From contig JBMOHT010000002.1 of NCBI GenBank assembly GCA_049317705.1, positions 2,862 to 66,861 of the forward strand: a stretch of 64,000 nucleotides of DNA, in the 5' to 3' direction. The stretch comes from Bacteroidota bacterium. GTDB lineage: Bacteria; Bacteroidota; Ignavibacteria; UBA10030; UBA8401. Under the pieces are notes generated by a model that was given only the letters and a program-made list of their open reading frames with translations, searched no databases and was not told the origin of the DNA. How positions within the stretch are numbered: the stretch's first letter is position 1; each line of letters opens with the position of its first letter. Shown here in pieces: positions 6,917 through 16,600 of this stretch. Both the position numbers and the translations under genes were made by a program.

Positions 6917-8059
6917 ATGCCCCACTCCAAACAACGATACCTTTTTATAGATCTGCTCCGTTTCCTTGCGGTCGTCTTCATGATCCAGGGACACACGTTC
7001 GATGCGCTGCTGGATTTCGATCTCCGTTCGGATACGCTCTTCTATGCCCATGATTTCTTCCATGGATTCATTGCTCCGATGTTCCTGTTCGCTTCCGGTG
7101 TTGCGTTCGGAATATCGACATTCAAAAAATGGGAGGATCACCGAGTATTCTCCGGTCATGCTCGGCGGCGCTACGGGAAGTTTGCCGGACTTATTCTCAT
7201 CGGGTATGCCCTTCATCTTCCGTATTTCTCGCTGACGAAGATCCTGAAGGAGGGGACTCCCGTTGATTTTGCAGTGTGGCTGCAGGTGGACGCACTTCAT
7301 TGCATTGCCGTGACGATGTTGATACTGCAGACAGCGGTCCTGATCCTGAAAGAGGAGAAACGGTTCTTCCTGTTCACTGCTTCGCTCTCGGTTGTGATCA
7401 TTCTGCTGTCGCCGATCATTTGGAGTATCGATCTGAATGGATCCCTTCCTCTTTGGCTTGTATCGTATATCAATGTCGGAAATAATTCCTGGTTCCCGCT
7501 CTTCCCGTGGTCCGCATACATCCTGTGCGGTGTGGTCTTCGCGTATATCTTCCTGAATGCCAAAGAACATCATCACGCGGTGATCCTGATGCAGAGGACG
7601 GTCACCATCGGTCTGCTGCTGATGATCACTTCGTTTATCTTCCTGAATATCCCGTTCCATCTATATCCGCCGCATGATGTATGGAAAGTGAATCCGCTCA
7701 TCATTCTTGCGCGGCTTGGTTTTGTGATGCTGGCAACGAGCGGTGTCTTCTTTGCAGAGCATACGTATAAGATCAGATCGAAGATCCCCCAGATCATGGG
7801 ACGGGAATCGCTCTTCATCTATATTATTCATTTGATCATCCTCTACGGTTCCGTGATGAACAAAGGGCTGCAGCAGATCATTCTTCCGACGCTCTCCGTC
7901 GTGCAGTCCTCAGTTGCATTCATCATTGTATTCATTGCATTGTCCTCCTTTACATATGGATGGTATCAGTTGAAGAAACAGTATCCACGATCCGCGCTGT
8001 ACGTTCGCGTGGCAGTTGCGGCGACGTTCATCATTCTCTTTTTAATCCGGCCTTACTGA
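6917..8059 (+). CDS. DUF1624 / heparan-alpha-glucosaminide N-acetyltransferase-like membrane protein (paralog 1)
   Basis: Polytopic, 380 aa. YLFIDLLRFLAVVFMIQGH, IAPMFLFASGVAF, GYALHLPYFS, FPLFPWSAYILCG, GRESLFIYIIHL. Confidence 0.75.
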   Translation: MPHSKQRYLFIDLLRFLAVVFMIQGHTFDALLDFDLRSDTLFYAHDFFHGFIAPMFLFASGVAFGISTFKKWEDHRVFSGHARRRYGKFAGLILIGYALHLPYFSLTKILKEGTPVDFAVWLQVDALHCIAVTMLILQTAVLILKEEKRFFLFTASLSVVIILLSPIIWSIDLNGSLPLWLVSYINVGNNSWFPLFPWSAYILCGVVFAYIFLNAKEHHHAVILMQRTVTIGLLLMITSFIFLNIPFHLYPPHDVWKVNPLIILARLGFVMLATSGVFFAEHTYKIRSKIPQIMGRESLFIYIIHLIILYGSVMNKGLQQIILPTLSVVQSSVAFIIVFIALSSFTYGWYQLKKQYPRSALYVRVAVAATFIILFLIRPY

Positions 8060-9201
8060 TGGAAAAACAAAAATCGAGATTTGTGTATATCGACCTGCTG
8101 CGCGGATGGGCAGTGGTGGTGATGATCGAGGTGCATGTGTTCAATGCGTTCCTTATCCCCGCATTAAGGGAAGAAGCATGGTTCAAAGTGCTGAACTTCA
8201 TCAACGGACTTGTTGCACCGTCATTCCTTTTCATCGCCGGCTATTCGTTCGTGCTCATCGCGCAACGGAAATGGAACGAATATCTCACGTTCAGTCCCGT
8301 CTTCTGGAAACAACTTGGACGGATCCTTCAAGTGCTTGCCGTCGGGTATGCACTGCATCTGCCGTTCTTTTCGTTCAATAAATTGACGATGATCTCCTGG
8401 CAGGAATGGGGTGTGTTCTGGAAGATCGATGTACTCCATGCGATCTCTGTCTCGCTGATGACGCTTCTCGCGCTTGTGCTGATCACCCGAACACAGAAAC
8501 GGTATTTTGCGGCAGTCGCGGTTCTTGCGGTGCTGATGATTGGCGGATCGCCGCTGATGTATGACCGCAATCTTGATTCCATCCTGCCGGAACCGATCTC
8601 AAATTATTTGACCGCGGCGCATCGGTCTCAGTTCCCGCTCTTCCCGTGGATGGGATTCGTTCTTTGCGGCGGATTGGCATCGCAGCTGCTGGTGTGGTGG
8701 AAAGAAACAACCGAAGAGAAATCGATCTTCCGGCGCTTCTTTATCGGTGGGATCGCGGCGATCGTACTCTCGATGATCGCGGCTGCGCTTCCGTTCTCAC
8801 TTTTCCCGGAGCATAATTTCTGGAAAGCAAGCCCTGAATTCTTCTTCATCCGCCTCGGCATCGTGATGATCCTTCTCTCAACACTATGGTATTGGGAACA
8901 GACAGCAAAGTCGGAACCGTCGCTCGTGAGCGTTGTCGGTTCAGAATCGCTGCTCGCGTATGCCGGTCATTTGCTGGTGATCTATGGAATGTTCTGGGAC
9001 AATAAGAGTCTTGCATTCATCATCGGCAAGACCAAGAGTGTCCCTGAAGTGATCGTCATGACGGTTCTGCTTATCGCCGTAACAATGGCTGTTTCATATC
9101 TGTGGAACCGGATCAAGAACTGGAGCATGTTCTACGCACGTGTCATGATGTATTCCATACTCACCGTTGTTCTCTACATTTTCTTCACCAAGCCGTTCTG
9201 A
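8059..9201 (+). CDS. DUF1624 / heparan-alpha-glucosaminide N-acetyltransferase-like membrane protein (paralog 2)
   Basis: The ATG at 8059 overlaps the upstream stop (TGATG). The same motif series is present as in paralog 1: FVYIDLLRGWAVVVMIEVH, VAPSFLFIAGYSF, GYALHLPFFS, FPLFPWMGFVLCG, GSESLLAYAGHL. The 7960 start in the track would overlap paralog 1. Confidence 0.75.
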   Translation: MEKQKSRFVYIDLLRGWAVVVMIEVHVFNAFLIPALREEAWFKVLNFINGLVAPSFLFIAGYSFVLIAQRKWNEYLTFSPVFWKQLGRILQVLAVGYALHLPFFSFNKLTMISWQEWGVFWKIDVLHAISVSLMTLLALVLITRTQKRYFAAVAVLAVLMIGGSPLMYDRNLDSILPEPISNYLTAAHRSQFPLFPWMGFVLCGGLASQLLVWWKETTEEKSIFRRFFIGGIAAIVLSMIAAALPFSLFPEHNFWKASPEFFFIRLGIVMILLSTLWYWEQTAKSEPSLVSVVGSESLLAYAGHLLVIYGMFWDNKSLAFIIGKTKSVPEVIVMTVLLIAVTMAVSYLWNRIKNWSMFYARVMMYSILTVVLYIFFTKPF

Positions 9202-9203
9202 TC

Positions 9204-10550
9204 ATGGATGTTTTGTATTTAGTTTTCGGTCTCACCGTCGGCGGTGCGGCCGCGTGGTTCATCGCGCGGACGATATTCTTGCGTCCGCTTCCGTTCACCA
9301 AAGAGCAGTTCGATTCCGCGCAAGCCGAGATCGCGAGACTCAATATCCTCTCCGCTCAGCTGGGTGAAGCAAAAAGCCGGCTCGAACAATCGCTCCGTGA
9401 AGCAACAACACGGCTGGAGCAGGAGCGGAGTACATCGCTTCAATTGACGAAAAGGATCTCGGAAGCGGAGACGGATAATAAGAATCTATCCGCACGACTC
9501 GCTGAACAGAAGAAAGAATTGGAACAGACGAATCAGAAGCTGACATCGGAGTTCAAGAATATTGCCAATTCCATTCTGGAAGAGAAATCGAAGAACTTCA
9601 CTGAACAGAACAGAACATCGTTGGATTCCATTCTGACGCCGTTGAAGGACCGAATTGAAGAGTTCAAGAAACAAGTGGAGGCGACATACGAAAAGGAATC
9701 ACGCGACACACTCAGTCTAAAAGATGAAGTGAAACGTCTCTCCGATCAGAATCTGCGTTTCAGTGAAGAAGCGAACAACCTGACGAGAGCATTGAAAGGG
9801 GATACGAAGACACAGGGGAACTGGGGAGAATTCATTCTCGAAAAGATCCTCGAACGGTCCGGACTTGAAAAAGAGCGTGAGTATAAGATCCAGGTCTCCA
9901 CGAAGAATATGGACGGAGAGACGATCCGACCTGATGTCGTTGTTTTCCTTCCCGAGAACAAGCATATCATCATCGACTCCAAGGTCTCACTTACTGCGTA
10001 TGAATCGCTGGTGAATGCCGATAGTGACGAAGAACGTGAACGGTATAAGAAAGAACATATCGCGTCGCTTCGTAGTCATTTGAAATTGCTCGGCGATAAG
10101 AATTATCAGACCGCGGATACACTCAATTCCCCCGAACTGGTGTTGATGTTCGTTCCGATCGAAGCATCGTTCGGCATTGCCGTGCAGGCGGACAGGGAAT
10201 TGTTCAACTACGCGTGGGACAAGAAGATCGTCATCGTCAGTCCTTCAACACTCCTTGCGACGCTGGTCACAATTTCATCCATCTGGAAACAGGAGAAACA
10301 GACCAAGAACGCCATCGATATCGCTCAGCGGAGCGGAGCATTATATGATAAATTTGTCGGATTTATCGAAGATATGAAAGATGTCGGAAAACAGATGAAA
10401 AAATCAGAAGAAACGTATAAGGACGCCATGTCCAAACTTTATGAGGGGAAAGGGAATATCGTCCGTTCGATAGAAACATTAAAGTCACTCGGAGCCAAAA
10501 CCACAAAATCCATCGACCCGAACCTGCTGGACAGGGCGGATTCAGAGTAG
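9204..10550 (+). CDS. rmuC: DNA recombination protein RmuC
   Basis: N-terminal TM helix, a long coiled coil, then the RmuC nuclease-like core (RPDVVVFLPENKHIIIDSKVSL..., MFVPIE, VSPSTLLATL). The ATG at 9204 lies just after the upstream stop. Confidence 0.9.
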   Translation: MDVLYLVFGLTVGGAAAWFIARTIFLRPLPFTKEQFDSAQAEIARLNILSAQLGEAKSRLEQSLREATTRLEQERSTSLQLTKRISEAETDNKNLSARLAEQKKELEQTNQKLTSEFKNIANSILEEKSKNFTEQNRTSLDSILTPLKDRIEEFKKQVEATYEKESRDTLSLKDEVKRLSDQNLRFSEEANNLTRALKGDTKTQGNWGEFILEKILERSGLEKEREYKIQVSTKNMDGETIRPDVVVFLPENKHIIIDSKVSLTAYESLVNADSDEERERYKKEHIASLRSHLKLLGDKNYQTADTLNSPELVLMFVPIEASFGIAVQADRELFNYAWDKKIVIVSPSTLLATLVTISSIWKQEKQTKNAIDIAQRSGALYDKFVGFIEDMKDVGKQMKKSEETYKDAMSKLYEGKGNIVRSIETLKSLGAKTTKSIDPNLLDRADSE

Positions 10551-10683
10551 ACCTTGAATGTTATTAAGGATTTTTCTACTTTGAGGATACCAAACAACAC
10601 CATTCTTCGTAATTACTGCACAACAGGAGAACGATCAATCGCAGATTTGATACAGTAATAATAACAGCGTGTAGGCGCATTGG

Positions 10684-13600
10684 TTGTTTTCGCAATTCAC
10701 TTTTCATCAAGATCACTCATTAACGTTGTCATCTGTGCGTAGAGCATTGTACATCGGACTCATTCTTGTTTCCGTCCTTGCGGTATTTGCATTCCTTGTA
10801 TCGTCTGCAAATGCCTCAACGGGAGGAGCACGTCCTGCGTCATTCTTCTCATCTCCTGATTCCGTCCGGACAGATTCTCTTTCCGCTGCGGATGATTCGA
10901 CTGCGGCAAAAGTGTACCGCGTGAAGGATTCAACATATCTTGAACAGTTGCAGCTTCGCCGGAACGATGAGACAGCCGCTCAGGCGATCCAGCCGTCAGC
11001 GAATCCGTTCTATCTTAAACCTCCGGTCATCGTTGCGCAGTCCGTTCAGCTCGACTCAACCGGAAGATTCATCATCGTCCGGCAGACGGTGAACGGGAAG
11101 GATGTGAAGATCCCGATCAGAATGCCGATCGATGAATACATCAAGCAGCGCGCGCAGTCTGATTTCGCAAAGAATTTTGCCGAAATGGTGGAGAAGGAAG
11201 AATCAGCGAAAGCATCCAAGAAGAAAGATGATCTCGGCGATCTGCTCGGCGCGTTCACGAAGATCGATATCCCTGTCCCGGCCAATCCTGTCTTTTCTAT
11301 CTTCGGTCCGCCCCGCATCAATCTGAATATCTCCGGCGCCGTGGATATCCGCGCCGCGTTCCGGAACACGCAGACGGACCAGCAGACACTCAGTGCCTAC
11401 GGCAACACCCGTAACGAACCGGACTTCTCGCAGGAAGTGCAGATCACGGTGAACGGTACCATCGGAGACAAGCTGAACATCCTTGCGGACTGGAACACAC
11501 AGCGCACGTTCGAATATGAGAATCAGCTGAAGATCAAATATACCGGGTATGAGGATGAGATCGTGCAGAGCGTTGAGGCCGGTAACGTTTCACTCTCCAC
11601 CAGTTCCAGCTTCGTGTCGAGCAGTTCCGCGCTGTTCGGTATCAAAGCCGCATTCCAGATCGGTCCGCTCAAACTGACCGCGATCGCTTCGCAGAAAAAA
11701 GGACAGATCCAGGAGAAGAGTCTCAGCGGCGGAACATCCAAGAGTGAATTCCAGAAACGGGCGTGGGAATATTCCAAGGACCATTTCTTTGTGGACGTTG
11801 CTTACCGCAGTACGTATGAACCCTACATCAAAACACAAACGCTGACAAGACCCGATCTGCAGATCAAAGAGAACGAATATGAAGTGTGGTTATATCATAT
11901 CGGCCAGGCAAATGAAACGATGCAGAAAGGTGTAGCGTATTTCGACCTTCCTCCAGTCACGATCAATGATACGCTCACGTATTTCCCGTTGAAAGATTCG
12001 ACCAATATCACCGACGTAACGAAACGTGTCGTCCGCGGTGATTGGGATAAGTTGGAACCGGGAAAAGATTATCGACTGAACAAAGATGCGGGATATATCA
12101 CGATGAACCGCTCGGTGCAGAACGGACAAGCGATCGCCATTTCGTACCGGATCGAGATGGGTTCCGGAAATGATGATGACCTGATCTATGGAACGCCGTG
12201 GAAGTCATTAGGGAACAACTCATCGAATGTGCTTGTCCTGAAACTGGTAAAGCCGTTGAATTATATCCTTCCGCAGGACTCGCTGCCGTTCTCTCTGATG
12301 ATGAAGAATATCTATCCTCTCGGCGGCCGGAAAGTGGAGAAGGACGGATTCGAACTGGAGATGAAATACCTGGAATCGTCATCAGAGCCGGTGGTTGTCA
12401 TCGGTTCCACGAAGATCGTCACAATATTCGGCCTTGATGTGATCAGCGAGAGCGGTTCCCCGGGATCCGACCAAAAATTCGATTTTAATCCCGGTATCAC
12501 AATCGATCAGGAACGTGGCGAGATCATCTTTCCTTCGCTCAGGCCATTTACCGACGGGTTACGCGAGGGACTAAAAAAGATAAGTCCGCCGCTCGCTGAT
12601 TCCGTGATCAATAAGTATCTCTACACGAATCTATACGACACCACCAGTGAAGCGGCACAGCAGAACAATGAGAAGGACAAGTTCATGATCATGGGAAAGA
12701 TCACGGCGTCCAGCTCGAACACGATCAATCTCGGATTCAACGTTGTAGAAGGAAGTGTGCAGGTACTGTTGAACGGTTCGCCCCTTCAAGCGAATGTGGA
12801 CTATACCGTCGATTACATCATCGGTCAGGTGATCATCAAGAAACAGGAAGCGCTTGTTCCCGGGGCCAATCTTCAGGTGAAATTCGAACAGAACGATCTG
12901 TTCCAGCTTGCATCGAAGACTTTGCTCGGAATCCGCGGAGAGATCGATGTCTCCGAAAAGACGAAGATCGGATTCACCATGATGAATCTCGACCAACAGG
13001 TATTGAGCGATAAAGTGCGTCTGAATGAGGAACCATCCAACAACTCCATTTATGGATTCGACGGACAGACCTCCGGTGATCTGCCGTTCCTGACCAAAGC
13101 GATCGACATGCTTCCGTTCATCGACACGAAAGCAAAATCGGATTTCACTCTGCGTGCGGAAGCGGCATACATGAATCCCGATCCGAACACCAAGAAGAGC
13201 ACCATCGCGGATGACAACGGGTCCGGTATCGCCTACATCGACGATTTTGAAGGGGCGAAAAGGATCATCCCGCTCGGTGTCGGTTATGGTCAGTGGCACG
13301 ATATGAGTGCACCGGCGTTCCAGGAAGGTGTGGATAGTTATATCATCAGAGCTGCATGGCTTCCTGATGCAAAGAAGATCGAATCGAAGGCCCGCACGTA
13401 CTGGTACAATCCCATCGGCGGAATTCCGATCGATGCCATCTATGGCGTTGATGCAAACGGAAAATCCATCAAGCAGGTCGGTAGAGGGCAGGACCTGATA
13501 CAGGTGCTTCAATTGAATTATAATCCGAAAGAACGCGGTGCTTACAACTTCGGTATGGATCTTAAAAAGTCCCTGCTCGATGATCCGAAAAGGAATTGGG

Positions 13601-16600
13601 GCGGGGTGATGAAACTGCTCTCTACCAGTTCCATCAATATGATCACGGAGAACGTCGGGTTCATCGAGATCTGGGTCCGTGTAACGCCGGGAAAAGGAAG
13701 GATCGATTCCACCAGAAAAGTATTCATTGATCTCGGCACGATCAGTGAAGATGTCATACCGGACGGATCATGGCAAACCGAGGATAAAGGAAAGTTCAAG
13801 AATGATATTCTCGCTCAGGATGAAGATACCGGTTTGGACGGTGATTTCGATGATGAAGAACGTTCCAAACATCAGGCGTTCATCGATTCCAACAAGGTCC
13901 TCTTCCCGAACATTGTCTCCGATCCATCAGGCGATAATTTTGTCTATAGCACGACCGATTTCCGTTTCATCAATCAAACGGAAAAGAACAGTACCAGCGA
14001 GATCGGACGGTTCCCTGACTCCGAGGACCTGAACAGGAACAGTAACTCGGACCGTACGAACGACTACTATGAGTATGAACTGAACCTCGATACGACAAGT
14101 GCGAATCCGCTGAAGATCGGCGGCGGTACGAACGGATGGTACCAGTACCGTATTCCGATCAACAATTATAAATATAAGATCGGAGCACCTGACCAGTCCA
14201 ACATCCAATATGCGCGTCTATGGTATACAGGACATTCAGAAGAATTCGAGATGCAGTTCGTTGAGTTCAACCTTATCGGCAACCAATGGGAAGAAGCTCG
14301 GAAGAACGATCCGACATTCAAAGTGTCCGTTGTGAACGTTGAGGATAATACGCTTCAGGGATACACATTGCCGCCGGGAGTCTTCCGCGAGCGTGACAGG
14401 ACCAAACCGGATGAACAGGTATACGGCAATGAACAATCACTTGCGCTGAACATCTTCGATCTTCAGGATGGTGACAGCCGCGAGGCGATCAAAAAATTCT
14501 CGTACCGCCCGCTGGATGTGTTCAGTTACCGGCAGATGAAGATGTTCGTCCACGGCGACAATCATTTCGGCGTTACGGCGGATAAAGCGACCGTGAAGAT
14601 GTACATCCGGTTCGGTTCGGACAGTTTGAACTATTATGAATATAAAGCACCGGTCTATCCCGGGTGGGATCAGCGCAATAATGTGAACATTCGTTTTGAG
14701 GACCTTACATCCATCAAACAGGGACGTGATACGATCGGGATACGGATCGTCCGAACCATACCGAACGGACCGGAAGGTTCGACCTATGCAGTGCTCGGGA
14801 ATCCGACACTGACCCGTATCACGTTCATCTCAATCGGCTTAGAGAATCCGCTGACGAAGAATAAACCGAACGACAGAGGAGTGACCGGTCAAGTGTGGGT
14901 GAATGAACTCCGTCTTGCGGATGTCGATGATACTCCCGGCTGGGCGTACAGTGTATCGACCAGTGTGAAGCTGGCGGACTTCGGTACCATGGCATTCAAT
15001 TACAGCAAGGTCGATCCGTACTTCCACAGTCTTGAGAGCCGGTTCGGCAGCCGTGTCACGTCGACGAGCTGGAACTTCTCCTCATCATTCGCCTTCGACC
15101 GTTTCCTTCCGCAGGACTGGAATGGAACACAGCTTCCGTTCAGTTATTCGCACTCGGAACAGATCTCCACTCCGCAGTATCTGCCGAGTTCCGATATTAT
15201 TGTGGCGAAGGCGGCGGATCAGCGGAAAGATTTTGTGACTCAGAAGACCGGTTCAGCAGCGGCAGGAGAAGCGGAAAAGCAGAAGGTCCTGTTAGAGGCG
15301 CAAACGTTATTGACGTCGGACACGTATGCCGTTCCCGGATTCAAGTTCAACGTCCCGTCCGAGAATTGGTTCTTCCGCGATCTGTTCAATAAGGTCAATT
15401 ACGGATTCAGTTATACCACATCCAGTCAACGCAATCCGACGACCACTTCCAGAACATCGTGGCAGTGGAACGCAAGGATCAGTTACGGTTATGCGTTCAT
15501 GGGAACCGATTTCATCCAGCCGTTCGGATTCTTCCAGGACCTCTTCTTCCTTGAAGAGTTCAGAGAACTGCAGCTGTTCTATTTCCCGATCCAAAATATT
15601 GCAACAGGATTCACCATCGCCCGTTCTCGCACCAATGAGCGGCTGCGCAGTCTCACAAAGGATACGGAGCCGACGCGCGGTCTTTCATCCGCAAGGAATA
15701 TGTCATTTGCTTGGAAATTGACCGAGAACGGACTCATTAACCTCTCCGGTGATTATTCCTTGGATATCTCCAGCTCCATGGTACATATGGAACTCGATCC
15801 GTGGGGACGTCAACGGAATTTCAGCCAGATCATGAATCAGATCTTCATGCAGGACCGTCTGATGAATTTCGGATATGATAATTCGTACAATCAGTCCTTT
15901 ACAGTGAACACGAAACCGCGGGTGCCTTCTCTCTTCGATATCAATAAATATGTCACATTCTCAGCACGCTATAACGTGGGATATCGCTGGCAGAACAGTC
16001 TGCAGCAGGGAGATCTCGGTATCTCTACGGGCTGGTCGAATAATATTTCGCTGACGTCCGATATCAGTCTGAAGAATTTTGTGGAGACTTGGTTCCCTGC
16101 ACGTGAAGCCTCCGTCGATCAGCCGCAGTCGCTTCCCGCTCCGTCGAGAGGAAGAGGAGAACGCGATGATGAGGACGCACCGTCCAACGATCCGAAAGAG
16201 GAGCCGGCATCGAAACCGCTGGCAGAAGCCGACACGACTCATAGCGAAGGACCGAAACCAAAAGGTGAAGGTCTCATCGGCTTTGCCCGAGTGTTGATCA
16301 AGACTCCGTTCCTCGATTATGATAAGATCAATCTTAATTTCACGCAGTCAAATACTGCGACCAACGGCGGCGTCCCCGGACGTCCCGGTTTCACGAATTT
16401 CTTCGGTCGTGTGCCGGGCATACAGCAAAGCGAACGTGCGTGGGGACCGAGCCGGGCGTATCAGTTGGGATTGGTCTCGGTACCCGGGGCGAATATCACT
16501 GATATCTTTTTGAAACCGCAATTCCCTTTCGTCGGATTCTCAACGGATGCGGATAAACAGTTCAGAGCGAATGGACCGAACGGCGCGTCCGCAAATCTCT

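Noticed and set aside
7960-8058. 5'-extended starts offered by the ORF track (7960, 9102, 379, 49230, 52361, 59404, 35669).
   Set aside because: The extensions overlap the preceding gene or run through a terminator or riboswitch hairpin (49230 and 52361). They add non-conserved residues ahead of an obvious signal peptide or family N-terminus. The internal starts at 8059, 9204, 451, 49323 (TTG), 52433, 59461 and 35702 fit better.
10551-10583. The hairpin ccttgaat-gtt-attaagg followed by attttt after rmuC.
   Set aside because: The stem is short, bulged and AT-rich, so it is a plausible but weak terminator. I did not list it.
12631-13512. A 293-aa ORF on the - strand inside sprA, plus similar long antisense ORFs at 5922-6566, 6872-7660, 20510-21172, 23164-23799, 25095-25715, 25748-26539, 30310-31005, 49587-50273, 50322-50897 and 52523-53200.
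   Set aside because: Each lies fully opposite a + strand CDS that has clear family motifs. Their translations are low-complexity, rich in Arg/His/Asp, and have no recognisable domains. They are shadow ORFs produced by the codon bias of the sense genes.
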